Positions 40,601 through 52,730 of a DNA stretch of 64,000 nucleotides are shown in pieces; within the stretch, counting starts at the first letter, position 1; each line of letters opens with the position of its first letter. The translations under genes were made by a program, and so were the position numbers. A model generated the notes under the pieces. It was not told the origin of the DNA. It worked only from the letters and a program-made list of their open reading frames with translations, and did no database searches. Source of the DNA: Azolla caroliniana (Eukaryota > Plantae > Polypodiophyta); assembly GCA_043228905.1 (NCBI GenBank), contig JBHGNT010000016.1, positions 6,758,001 through 6,822,000 on the forward strand. Direction: 5' to 3'.

Positions 40601-42172
40601 TTGTACTTTGTCCTCTCAGTTCATTAAAGGCTCATTCACTTTTCTTTTGTATTATGGCTTGTTTCTTACTTCCATCGTCATTTTTTTACAGATAATTCTT
40701 ACTTCCACAGTCATTTTGTTATAAAGCATGGAAACTACATTGTCAGAGTCTGACTACTCACCCAGGGATGTCCATTGCATTCACCCAATACAATATTTAC
40801 ACTCCCAAAAAAGCCGTGCTGGTAAATGTGTGACCAAAACTTTATACTCCAGCATAACTACTTCAGCTTCTAATTTTTGTAAGAGATGTTCTTACCATAT
40901 ATGCACATACATATTGATAATCGTCCAAACTGAGCTTTCTTTATCCTAGTTCTATGCTTCTTGAACCTTAGTGTGTATTACTATTATAGAATTATTGAAA
41001 AAAGAGCTTTTAACATACAAGATATGTCGCCTCGCTGAGAGAATTCAAGACTACGGACTTGTCACCGTTCCATTCCACTGCTTTCCTAGCTAAGTCAGCA
41101 ATCGCAGATGGAGGCCAATTGATCAGTTGATCAAGAAGTTCCTTATTTTTCTTTCGAGAAGAAATCTCTTGAAATCTCTTCTGAAATCTCTTCTGAAATC
41201 AAATGAGCAAGAAATATTTACAATCTCTTCCGAAATAGAGAGCAAGAAAACACTACAAACATCTTCTGAAAACCGTAACAAGAAAGCTCTAGACATTTGT
41301 TCTAGAAATCACTGAAAGAAAGAGTACTATAAATCTCTTCCAGATAAAATGAGCAAGATTTGGAACTCTTCCCAAATCAAATGAACAAGAGATACTTATA
41401 CATTTTTCTGCATTCAAATGAACAAGAAAACTCTACAAATCAAGGAACGAGAAATCTCTTCTGAAATTAAGCAACATGAAACATCTTCGGAAATCAAATG
41501 AACAAGAAACGTCTACAAATCTCTTTCAATATCAGGAACCAAGAAAAAGCTCTATATTTCTCTTCTATAGAATATAAGAACAAGAAAACTCTACTAATCT
41601 CTTCCGCACTCACTAGCTTATGTAAGAAATCTAAGCTTAAGTCAATACAAGACAAAGAAAACAACTGAGAGAATCAAGTATCAAATCAATCAATCAATCA
41701 AATGCGTGATAAGGAAAAAATAATCTACAAAATAAGACAGGTGAAAACAGACCTGGTAAGAATCGACAAACGATGAGGATTTCCCTTGTTTCCGAACCTC
41801 CGGAGGGACAAGGAAGCGAAGATATGGCAATATCAGACGAGAGAGAGAAGGATCTACAGATTCTGACTGTCTTTTCCCTCCGAGGAGATCGAGGAGAGAA
41901 TCAGCAATTAAGGCACTGTAGCTGATGGAAAGACCTTTCCCGTGTCCATCGCTCTTCTTCTTTGTCTTCTCCTCGTGCAGAGGCAACAAGTTGAGGCTTC
42001 TACGGCGGGGAAGCTGAAGAAAAGGACTGGGGGATTGCTGGAACGGCGAGGTATGGGAAAGGCGAAGGGGTGAGGAGGGAAGGATTCTGCAGGCGTGGGA
42101 GAGGTGCATGGCTTTGTCTGCAAAATGAGGGAGAAGAAGGAAGAGGAGGAGGAGGAGGAAAGACATGGCCAT
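37673..42172 (-). CDS. Conserved uncharacterised plant protein with N-terminal hydrophobic signal; 8 exons: 42172-41753, 41141-41019, 39253-39176, 39083-38941, 38862-38792, 38290-38180, 37939-37847, 37755-37673
   Basis: Phase-consistent exons give VPDVEGSNENHCQLT...ELNAYFAFLFE...FDLFHGHLFLA.DTGRLGILFHAREYPAF...LGYCQVGS.VTYDDSMNFRNILWLAP...LDAHPDGIIYRELVPEYV..RTIYEDEFGDVVVDLNY...LFIC. I recall this as a conserved plant family but cannot name it. Confidence 0.85.
41150..41610. repeat. Degenerate ~40-bp intronic tandem repeat
   Basis: Recurring AAATCTCTTCTGAAATCAAATGAACAAGAAA-like unit. Confidence 0.75.
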
Positions 42173-42289
42173 GGATGACCATGAATCTCTGCTACACTCT
42201 ACATGAATCAATGAATGAATGAATTTAGGGCATGCATACATACATAATAGGGATAAAAGGAGTTCAAATAAGTTCTTAACCTTCGATTT

Positions 42290-42762
42290 AATCCGAACGA
42301 TCGCTAGATTGGGTTTGGTAATAGAAAATGATGCTTTAATCGGTTTGCTGGGCTACGTAAAGATGTTTTAATCGGATCGCAAGACTGGGTTTGCTAACAA
42401 TTAAAGGATGGTTCAATCATATCACTGGATTGGTTTGCTAACAGTCAAGGATGGTTTAATCAGATCACTAGACTGGGTTTGCTAACAGTCAAGGATGGTT
42501 TAATCAGATCGCTAGACTGGGTTTGCTAACAGTCAAGGATGCTTTAATTGGATCGCTAGACTAGGTTTGCTAACAGTCAAGGATGGTTTAATTGGATCAC
42601 TAGATTGGGTTTGCTAACAGTCAAGGATGCTTTAATCAGATCGCTAGACTAGGTTTGCTAGTAGTCAAGGATGTTTTAATCGGATCGCTAGACTAGGTTT
42701 GCTAGCAGTCAAGGATGTTTTAATCGGATCGCTAGACTGGGTTTGTTAATAGTCATGGATGT
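42290..42762. repeat. 44-bp tandem repeat, ~10-11 copies, directly upstream of the uncharacterised gene
   Basis: Unit GACTGGGTTTGCTAACAGTCAAGGATGGTTTAATCAGATCGCTA. Confidence 0.95.
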
Positions 42763-42779
42763 CCTGTTGGTGTCATAAA

Positions 42780-43300
42780 GAAGATCAATGGCCGTTCGAA
42801 CAACTAGATCAACATTTCGTACTCCAAGAGGTTAATAACTTTTTATCAGGGAAAAGTTGCAATGATTATTATCATCATATGAAGATTCTTGATTTATATG
42901 GTTGACTTAAGAGCTTGATTGGACATCTGTTGGAAATAGGAGATTTGACTATGATATCAATAAATGATGCTTATCACTTGTTGATTGACAAACATAAGTG
43001 GATGGAAGAAAAGGTCATAAAGATATGGGGTAGGTTTTTATAAACCTGTTACGTAGTGGTTTCATGTGATCAAGGCAAGTTGGTGTTCTCAATTGATGCT
43101 ACAAGCTAAGCTATTCATTTGGAGAGTTATGGTTGGAGCTTTACGATAAGGGGTAGGTTTTTATAAACCCGTTACCTGATGGTTTCATGTGATAAAGGCA
43201 CAAGGTTGATGTTCTCAAATGATGCTACAAGCTAAGCTATTCATTTGGAGAGTTATGGTTGGAGCTTTACGGTTTGGAGATATATCAACTCAATGTGGAT
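42780..43300 (+). mobile_element. Degenerate LINE fragment with internal ~120-bp duplication
   Basis: Similar to 16290-16450; 43029-43147 is repeated at 43150-43272. Confidence 0.6.
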
Positions 43301-43334
43301 ATTTGTGATTGGAATGAAACTATCCAATCAAAGT

Positions 43335-43402
43335 AAGGATGGGTCGAACCCATGACCTTTTTGGTTTCCATTGGGCAACCTTACCAACTGAGCTACATCC
43401 TT
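43335..43402 (-). pseudogene. tRNA-derived sequence (tRNA pseudogene or SINE head)
   Basis: Minus strand AAGGATGTAGCTCAGTTGGTAAGG (A box)...GGTCATGGGTTCGACCCATCCTT (B box). Acceptor stem can form, but the anticodon stem is broken and T and acceptor stems compete for the same bases. Confidence 0.65.
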
Positions 43403-43936
43403 TCGGGATCCTCCCAACCCTGAAAAAAAAACCAAACTAATTAACTCTAAACCCTTCTAGGGATCTAAATACTATTACAACTACAAACTCAATCCCACTG
43501 TACACACTACACACTAATTCAAATGTCGAATATAATTATATGTGAAAAATGTTTTGAACGTAAATAAGTAGTACAACATCGAATATATAAGCATTAAAAC
43601 AAAATATTTTGCATGGAAGTGGGAAATACAACATCTTTTTATCACCATACAAAATCATTGCCCATTTTACTAGACATAAATACAAAACAGTTCGTACTTT
43701 AAGAAAATGGGACGAACGAACCCACCTAGCATGTGTTTTGATTTGTTGAAAAAACAAAGAATACTTTTTTTGTGAGCCCTAGTGATAAGCATGTTTTATT
43801 CAGACCTTCTTCCATAAGTTCATTGCACAAGCATCATATACATATATACATTTTCTAATGAGGGGGGTGGGTTACAGAGACTGAACTCCTAACCTACAGT
43901 TTACAACACCAAAGGCACAAACAAACCACAACCCTA

Positions 43937-45095
43937 TCAATCCATAGTAAAACACTCGAGTATTTTGAAGTGCATTCTTAAGCTCGGGGGCTCGCCTTCA
44001 AAGTAGAGCTTTTCGAATATCCGAACCTTATCACCATCGGTCTTTGCCAACATAGAAAGTAATCTGATGCAAGTATCTTTTTCTTGGGCTATCCACGGGC
44101 GATCCCGGTCCTTCCATTGCCGAGGCGTTCCATGGAAGACAATGCGAAGTCCCGGACCCGATGCTGCAAATTTCACTACTTTCTCTAGAATGTGCTGGTC
44201 CGTCAGATATGCCCCGGGGCGATTTAGACCCACGTCGATATAATGCACTTCATGTATGCTTTCGAGAAGGTCGGGGATCGACCCCGGGAACAAAAGCTTC
44301 GATCGAAGTTGCTCTCCCGTGTTTTTGTCTAATATTCCTCTGTTCTTCTGTTCTTCGAAAAAGGCGATCTCAGAAAGAAGCTGATTTAACACAACCCCGC
44401 CTTTGCTAAAACCGAAAAGCAAGGTTGGAGGGATCGACTGCATTCCTTGTTCTTTTTCTTCTTCTCTTTCTTTTCTTGTTTCTTCTTCTTCTTCTTCTTC
44501 TTCTTCAGAGAACTTGTCTTTGCTTTCAATCTTCTGTTTCACCTGCACTAAAATGATCATACACAACATATGCATGTATATATTACTCTCAAACATAGAT
44601 CGACAAATGACTCTCAAAATAGAGAAAATGAATAACACTGAACATTACTCTCGACACATATAGATACATGACTCTCGACATAGGCAGTCGGTACCTTTGC
44701 AAGGCAATCATGAAGTAATGAAACAATTGCTCGTGAAGCCGTAAGATTCTGTGGATCGTAGCATAAGGGATCTCCACGTGGGGAAATGGATGGCAAGAAT
44801 GCATCATAGCATGCGAAAGGGCCACTAAATCTGGGGGCTTCCACAACCCATGTGTTCACAAGGCGGTCCTCAAACTTCGAGAGTAGTATAGCGACTATAG
44901 TCTCCAAATCAGAGAACCTCTCAATAGTTGGGTCTCCAGTTCCAGATGCTGAGTCGCCCATGAAGAGTAATGCATTGCTTGAAGGCTTCTACAATTTCCA
45001 CCCAAATGTTTTATTAATGTGTGGTTACATTAATAAAACAGATATACACACATACAATGTACATATACATATACATTCACATACATACATATATA

Positions 45096-45128
<33 letters not shown>

Positions 45129-45648
45129 ATTCAAGTTCCATTCCAAAACAAAAGAAGACAATATTCAAATGGCATTCTTAAAAAAGAGGAAGAAAATGCA
45201 GAATGAATGAAAATACTTAGAATTTTATTAAAAATGAACAAAGTGATCAAACTATCAATCCAAAATAGTATGAAGGCATTGAAAAGAACAAGAATTGCGT
45301 TCAGAAAAAAGAAAAGAGAAAGAAAAAAAGAGGAAGAAAATGTTGAAAGAAGAAAGATGAATTTCATTCCGAAACAGATGAAATCATTTGAATTTCATTA
45401 ATAAGCTAACAAAATGATTGAGCTATCGATCAAAACCAGTAGGTGGAAATGAAAAGAAGGAGAATTTCGTTCAAGAAAAAAGAGAGCAAGGAGATCATTT
45501 TGGAAACATACATTTTGCATTGTTCGGTTAAGAGAAAACAGAGTATCCTTGTTTTGGTTGCTCAGAGATCGTAAAAACTATTGCTTTAATTCCAATGAAT
45601 TCCCGTGTTCTTTTCAGATCAACACCAACAGAAGGAACATTTGAACAA

Positions 45649-45681
<33 letters not shown>

Positions 45682-45786
45682 AGTGAACGAGTGAAGTGTG
45701 TGTACCTTGAGGGCTCTTGTGTTGGGGCAAAAGATGAGAGATGCCATGACTCCCCCTCTCACCATACCCTGCCATCGTTCCACCAT
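43937..45786 (-). CDS. C2orf69/UPF0565-family protein; exons 45786-45706, 44988-44695, 44542-43937
   Basis: Motifs FSGPFACYDAF, LFGFSKGGVVLNQLL, HYIDVGLNRPGAYLTD, HGTPRQW.D.DRPWIAQEKD and SLRMHF; phase-0 GT-AG junctions. Confidence 0.9.
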
Positions 45787-45862
45787 CTCAATCTCCTCTT
45801 CCTTCCTCTTGTTTTCACTCCTCTCTGTTTTTTACTCTTCTTAAAGGGAAGAGGAGTTTTAC

Positions 45863-45906
<44 letters not shown>

Positions 45907-45912
45907 GTAATA

Positions 45913-46789
45913 CACTCGACGGAAGGCGCGTGCGATCTGCACCGTTCGATTTGGATTAAAAACAACGCACGATAAAAAAAAAGTTGTCAGAGGTCGCCCA
46001 ACCCTGACAATAGTCGCCCAGCTATGAGCCCTCTGTCAGTAGTTGCCTTACTAGGGTTTAGCTAACCCTAAGCCTTAAACCCCCCTCTTCTTCTGGAGAG
46101 TAAAAGCGTGAGAGAGAGAGGAGCTGAGAGGACCGAGCGAGTTCGTGATGGCTAGTGATGCTCCTAAAAAACTTCGCAAGGTGAAGTGGTTCAACAACGC
46201 CAAAGGGTATGGCATCATCTCCCTGATTGACGATGGGAACGAGGACCTCTTTGTCTAGCAGACCTCCATTCATAACCAGCCAAGGCTTCCGCTCATTGGA
46301 AGAAGGAGAGGCGGTGGAGTAATGAGTTCATGATGAAGGACGAACGGCCCAGCCCAAGGCCGTGGAGGTGGACATGGGGTGGACATGGTTCAGTTGGGTT
46401 TCAGAGGAGGTGGGTGGGGGTGAGCAAGATGTAACTGTATTATTATCAAAGAGTTACAATAGCACAATCTACAAAAAAATGAACAACCTCCAAGCTAGGT
46501 TACAAGAGTCAGTTTAAATACTAACTGAGTTAGGGCAACTACCCTTTCCACTATTTACAGATATATAGCCTAAACCTAGTGTGTCCAATGGGACAATGTG
46601 AATACGGTCATTATATACCCATATTCGACAGACAATGTGAATACGGTCATTATATACCCATATTCGACAATAAGGTAGGTTGGGCAACTGAGGAATCAGA
46701 GTTGGGCGACCTCTGGACAACTTTTTTGGTCGTGCGTTTTTTATTATCCAAATCGGACAGTGCAGATCGCACGCACCACCAACTAAGTG
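45913..46789. mobile_element. Non-autonomous long-TIR DNA transposon carrying a host gene fragment (Pack-type)
   Basis: 45913-46020 is an imperfect inverted repeat of 46680-46789 (GCGTGCGATCTGCAC..CGATTTGGAT...AAAAAAGTTGTC.AGAGGTCGCCCAAC); no transposase inside; TSD not resolved. Confidence 0.75.
46148..46420 (+). pseudogene. Cold-shock-domain protein pseudogene
   Basis: MASDAPKKLRKVKWFNNAKGYGII...NEDLFV*QTSIH, then a frameshift to GFRSLEEGEAVE. In-frame TAG at 46256 replaces the His of RNP2 (DLFVH). Confidence 0.88.
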
Positions 46790-46944
46790 GCATGCACTGT
46801 CTATGGTTGTGATTCCCTCACCAACCCTATTATGACTTGTTGCATAATAGACACGTCGATGTTTGTGTAAAAGTGTATGTATGTGATGTATGTATGATGT
46901 ATGATGTATGATGTATGATGTATGATGTAGGTATGGGTCAATAT

Positions 46945-47560
46945 GTGTGTGCAAGTGTGCCATCCTTTCGTTATTGACGCAAAGAATCCACATCAACTGG
47001 CAATGAAGGTGTTTCCCTCACTTTCTTCAAACAACTCTCCATCTTGGACCCCCATGTTGCGGATCTTTCCAAGGCTTCCTGAACTTCGGATCGCCCAAAG
47101 TTTAGAAAGAATAATGCAACTCACATAAACAACGGGCTCGACATTTGAGAGGCTTCCCACCCTTCCGAAATTCTACACCTCGCCAAAATGGTGACACGGA
47201 ACAAAACATTGCTTTGTAATATCCTGTGGTTGTTTTGTACCTCGAACAGGATGACTTGGATCATACCTAGGGAGCCTCTTCCCTCGAAGATGGCCTACTA
47301 CTACAAACATTGTTTCGTAAACTTCTTTGAGGACGGGTTAGTATTGTGGTTGAAATGCATGAACGTCTACATGCTCCATAGTGCTCGCAAATCTATAGGC
47401 GAGCTCAGAGTTTCCTCCCACCAACTAGAACTCGAGGCAAGATGACCTCTTCAAATACCTAAAGTTGAAGGTTTCGCGCATTATGTGAAGGAGAGATCAA
47501 GGTTAGGATTTCAGCCCTTATACTATGAGCTTGGGGATGCAATAACATTTGCACATCATT
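46945..47560 (+). mobile_element. Degenerate retroelement (LINE-like) remnant
   Basis: LLCNILWLF..NR resembles the ILWxIWxxRN motif at the ORF2 end; weak. Confidence 0.3.
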
Positions 47561-48071
47561 GATTTTTTCCATAGCATTACAACATCTCTCGGTTCAATGC
47601 TCCCTCTTGCCCCACATTAATTTTGGAGCTTCAAAGTTTTTTTTTGAAGTTTTCACTTTACAAATGAACAAAATACATAATCAATCATTTGCATGAGCAA
47701 TTCATGTATTGACAAATCGATGGAGAGGTTCTAACTATTCGTTAATACAAATATATGTGACCATCATGAGCTTCATGCAATTAAAATTTTACCGCTTTTC
47801 TTTCTTTATCATGAACTTAAGTGACTTGGTTAGTTTAGACATTCATGAATCACAACAATGTGGAAATATGTGTCTTGCTTGCAACATCACTAATTCATAT
47901 TTATTTGTGTGATTCTTTTCTTAATAAGTTTCACTAAGTAACGAAACATGCCATTATTGTGTAGAAGTGTATGGGGGCCACCAACAAATAAGCCGAGTAT
48001 TATGCTTCTTTTCTTTGAGGAATGCACATGCATACATCATACCCTTTTCTTTCATGCACAGTGAGGTTGTC

Positions 48072-49327
48072 TCATGGTAAGAGAGAAGGGGCATCACTTC
48101 CTCTTTGGGTGTATAACTTTGCTTGTAATTCCTTGAACCTTTCCAAATTAAAGTTTCTTTTAGTCATCAACTTTTTTTGCTTGTTTGAGAACATAGTATG
48201 CATGAAGTCTTGATAAGATGGTTCCCTATGGGTGAAAATGAAGAACATGAGCCCTCCAATGAGACCCGCGGATGTTACAAAGAATGTGATGGGTTCCATG
48301 ACATCCCAAGAAAGATCCCAAAATGTGAGGCGGAAGAACAATAGTGACTGAAATGTTAAGCCCCCAAACACTCCCCAAATGACATGCCGAGCTTTCTTGT
48401 GTGCGATTTTGTCGATCTCTTCCTTCTCCTTCTCCAATTGTTCGAATTCCTTCCTCCTCGGATCATATTCTGGGATTGATGAGATTGGTAATGCATTAGC
48501 TAATAATCCTGCAAGCTGCAAAATGCAACGGATTGTCCATTATTATACAAGTCAAAAGATATTGCAAAATGCAAACCGTTAACGACGTAACAAAACAGAA
48601 AAGGAGATGTGTTTTCGTATCTAACCACGTCTACTACTGAATGTATTGGTTAACAGTATTGGTTAACCACGTCTACTACTGAAAGTACACGGAATGTCTG
48701 GATGGAGATGGTACATACCTTGAAAGGACAGTATGAGGATATTAAAGGTGAGACAGATGTTGCAGTGTTGCAACGTCTCGAATTTATTGTCTATTGGAAG
48801 AAGACCCCTTTTCTCACAATACAAAATTCAAGACCTAAATGGTGCTTAGCGCCACCAGTATGGTTGTTCCCGCCACCAATCACATAACTTGGTTAAGGAG
48901 TGGTGGAGTGTTGAGGGATGGGACCTAAGGAAGAATGCACCAGATCAATGGTAGCTTGATGGTAGGTAAATTTTTTGTAATGTTGTTCATAACTAATGAA
49001 AGGATATTTTTCCCGGAAAAAAAAAAAAAAACAGTATGCATGCATGTATATGTCGCTATGATTGTGCGTATGTTGTTAACATAAAACTTCACGTAAGCCT
49101 TTCTAGATGTATATATTATGCATGTGAGTGAGTGTGGGTGTATGTGAAGGCATACAAACACATACCTGCAGGGATCTTCGCACATGTCCTAGTCCATCAC
49201 ATTGAGACAACAACATCACGATATGTGATAGTTTCTTGGATCTCATACAAAAGAATGTATAGATTGTATGTATGTATATGCATCTAGGTGTATATGAATG
49301 CAAACATACATACATACATATACATAC

Positions 49328-49394
<67 letters not shown>

Positions 49395-50174
49395 GGATCT
49401 TCCAGCATGTCCTGATGCATTATGAATGTAACAATATAATATGGAATATGAATGTATATATCCATGTATGTAGCAAATGTTGGCATGAATAAGTGCACAA
49501 TTCGACACGAACATGCATGGACACATATATATACATACATGCACACACACACACATATATGCATACATATACACACACCCAACATGATCTAATCCATCAT
49601 GGAGGCTGTCAGATATGAAGAATTCATTATATGATCACAGCCATGGAGCAACTATCACCTTATTTGGGCGAAGAAAGACATTGCCGCGGTATATGAAGAT
49701 AACACCCGCATCATCCAAGCTTCTGGCGACGGCATCCGCACCGACATCTGTTGTGGCAAAACCCATGTCTTTGCATAGCTTAATTACATCCACATAAGGC
49801 ATAGATTCACGGCCAGTGCTAAGCAAATGTTGCTTCAGATCTTCCATCTTCACAAGTTTCAACAGTCGTTTGGTCTCTTCTACAGTGCTGTTGCTCCTTC
49901 CTCCTGATGATGGTGATGGTGATGACTTGTTGTTATTATTCTTAGTTCTTTTATCATCATCGTCTTCATCGAGGAGTATCCTATGGCTATGGAAAAACGT
50001 GTGTTTCCATGGCAGGGTTCCTCCTGCTACTATGGGTGGATATGACAACAGACGGTGTGGTCTTGTGGTGTTGTGAAGAAGGTGAGAGTGATTCCATGGT
50101 CGGATTAACTCTGTCTGAGAGGTGAATATGGATCTGTGCACAAGGAACCTTCTCAGAGGCCTGCAAACCACCAT
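48072..50174 (-). CDS. MCU: Mitochondrial calcium uniporter family protein; exons 50174-49659, 48515-48072
   Basis: Arg-rich presequence-like N-terminus, LDDAGVIFIYRGNVFLRP, coiled coil, two TMs flanking RLTFWDLSWDVMEPITFF (DVME pore motif). Confidence 0.95.
48679..49031 (+). mobile_element. Short 5'-truncated LINE copy in the MCU intron
   Basis: Highly similar (inverted) to 59594-59935; ends in poly(A) at ~49017-49031. Confidence 0.88.
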
Positions 50175-50219
50175 GGTTCTTAGCAGAAAAAACACAGGGA
50201 AAGGGAAGAAATGGGCAGT

Positions 50220-50572
50220 TATACATATACATGCATGCACACATACACATACATACATTCATACATACATACATACATACATACAGGCACACATCCACAT
50301 ACATTCATTCATACATACATACTACATACATACATATACATGCATGCACACATACACATACATACAGGCACACATCCACATGCATACATACATGCACACA
50401 TCCACATACATTCATTCATACATGCATACATGCACACATCCACATACATTCATTCATACATACATATACATGCATGCGCACATACACATACATACATACA
50501 AGCACGCATCCACATACATACATACATACATACATACACGTACACATACACGTACACAAACACATACACATA
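50220..50572. repeat. (TACA)n-type degenerate microsatellite upstream of MCU
   Basis: Directly visible; also (TACA)/(TA)n at 49305-49390. Confidence 0.95.
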
Positions 50573-51362
50573 CATTGTGTATCATTACATTGATGCTTGG
50601 ACCAGGTTTAGACACTCATATGGATCCGACTACGTGTCAACAAATCATTGGCACAAGAAATGTACTCTAGTCTTTCGTGGCATGCACCCATTTGTTATAT
50701 CCCATAAGTATAACACACAACCATTAGCCAACGGAAATATATATCGGCTACATAACTGTTTTGCTCGGAGTTAGGGGGTGTGTGGAGACCCAATGATATC
50801 CCATGCTTTACGTGAGTTGCATAAAACCATTCACGATGATCTAGAAATGTGGCACACAAACCATTGGCAAGTTGGCACCGAAAAATATGGTTTAGAGAAC
50901 CAGTTGTCTCGTGTGTGGATGCTAGGTAAACTAATTTCAAGGTGATGAGGAATGAAGTGTGCCAAGTAAATCCTCAAAACCAAAGCAAACATGATCAAGT
51001 TCAAAGGCTTTTGAGGTAGCCAAGCAGTTACAAAAGGTAAAGTTTGTCTTTACTTTTCATGATGGGTGACAACCTACATCATTCCTTAATAAGAACATCA
51101 TTGACATGTGAATGAATTGTCGTCCCCGCCAACCTACCTACCCTCAACCTAAAGTTTTCATTTGAGTTTAATGCTAGAAACCTCTTTCACCAATTATGCC
51201 AGTTTCAAAGATATAGTATGACAACAATTGCACACATAGTCGTAACAAACTAAACATATAGATATACATGCACACACATATCAATGTGCATATTGACATG
51301 CATGTATAGAGATATATATTGTTTATATTGATGATTCTCTATATTGGTGGGCACATCCTTGA

Positions 51363-51393
<31 letters not shown>

Positions 51394-52730
51394 ATAAAGG
51401 AACAAAACGAGTTGGTAAGCAAAGAGACAAAGTTAAGTCTTCTTTAGCATTATCCATCCGCGTGTCAATTTTTGACCTTTTCTAAAAAAACTGCACATTT
51501 TTAAGTTTATAAAACAATGCTCCAAGAAAAGTTTACCTCGTTCATTAAAACATTGATCAAATTCTAGAGGTTGCCAGCATGAAAATATGTAAGAAGCAAC
51601 CAAAAATTTGTCACAAATATATATATATATATATCTATATCTATATCTATATCTATATATCTATATCTATATCTATATATATATTGATTTATTTATTGAA
51701 GTTTCCCAAACTTGATTTGTTCCCCCTTAAAATCTATCTGTTAACGATTGAATGATAACCTCGGGACAAATATTTTTCAGGCAATGGTTAAAAGCTCTCT
51801 ATGTTATATGTGAAGTTAGTTAATGGTTTGTGAAAACTCCCTCTTAAACACACATCTCTCTTGATTCTAGTTGTTGGTTAGCGTTTAGTAATTAATTACA
51901 CACAAATTTTGTCATGAGGGTGGGGAAAGTGAGAAACCCCATTTTAATGGGAAATGTGGAAATTTCAAAATGTTTTAGTTGACTCATTCCAACGAAAATA
52001 TTTTGGGGATGGAAACTTGGATTTGATTGCACGACAATGGTCCTTTTTTGCAAGCATCAGGCATAGGATGATCTACGTGCAAATATGTACGATGTATATT
52101 GGATTGTTAAAACTTAAGACCATGAGTATATTAGGGACCTATCCCAATCTTTATAAACAAACCATGCTTTATATGCAAATAAACCACAAAGTTATGAACA
52201 CACCATAACAATACATGTCCAAGCAATGACCTGGCCAAGCAAATTGTCTACAATCTAATGTCCATGTCCTTAGTTCCTTCACTAAAGGGACACATTTAAT
52301 GAGGTGCTACCTATTATGTAGAGAGATAGACCATAATTATGTGACCAAACTAGAGTTATTTGGCTCATGGGCTGAATAAATTATCTTAATGAATAGATCT
52401 CAGGATCGACTAAGGCGATCATCACAATGGGCCCATATGCGGCCTAATTGACACGGGCAATAAGGTGTTAGCCCATAAAAAGCATAGTTTGGCGACAAGA
52501 ACATGGCCATCCGGCCTTATTGGCGGCCGTTCACAAGCTTTGTCCGGTGGACACTCAAAAATCACTTTCAAATCCAGACCTTTTACATCTATCAAATAAA
52601 TGGGGTTCTTCTCTGAAATGCCCATATACATAGTTTGGATGAATCCACTAGCCAAGCTGTCCTCTTGGTCTTGCATTTTCAGCCCTGTTGATGTGGGTGA
52701 GAGCTATGGCCTACCCTGAGATGGGAAGAG

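Noticed and set aside
40760-40945. Exon-like segment in intron 2 of the uncharacterised gene
   Set aside because: Stops in all three minus-strand frames; flanking exons join in phase without it.
42290-42762. CRISPR-like appearance of regular arrays (also 27915-28265 and 18713-19020)
   Set aside because: Contiguous units without unique spacers, no cas genes, eukaryotic context.
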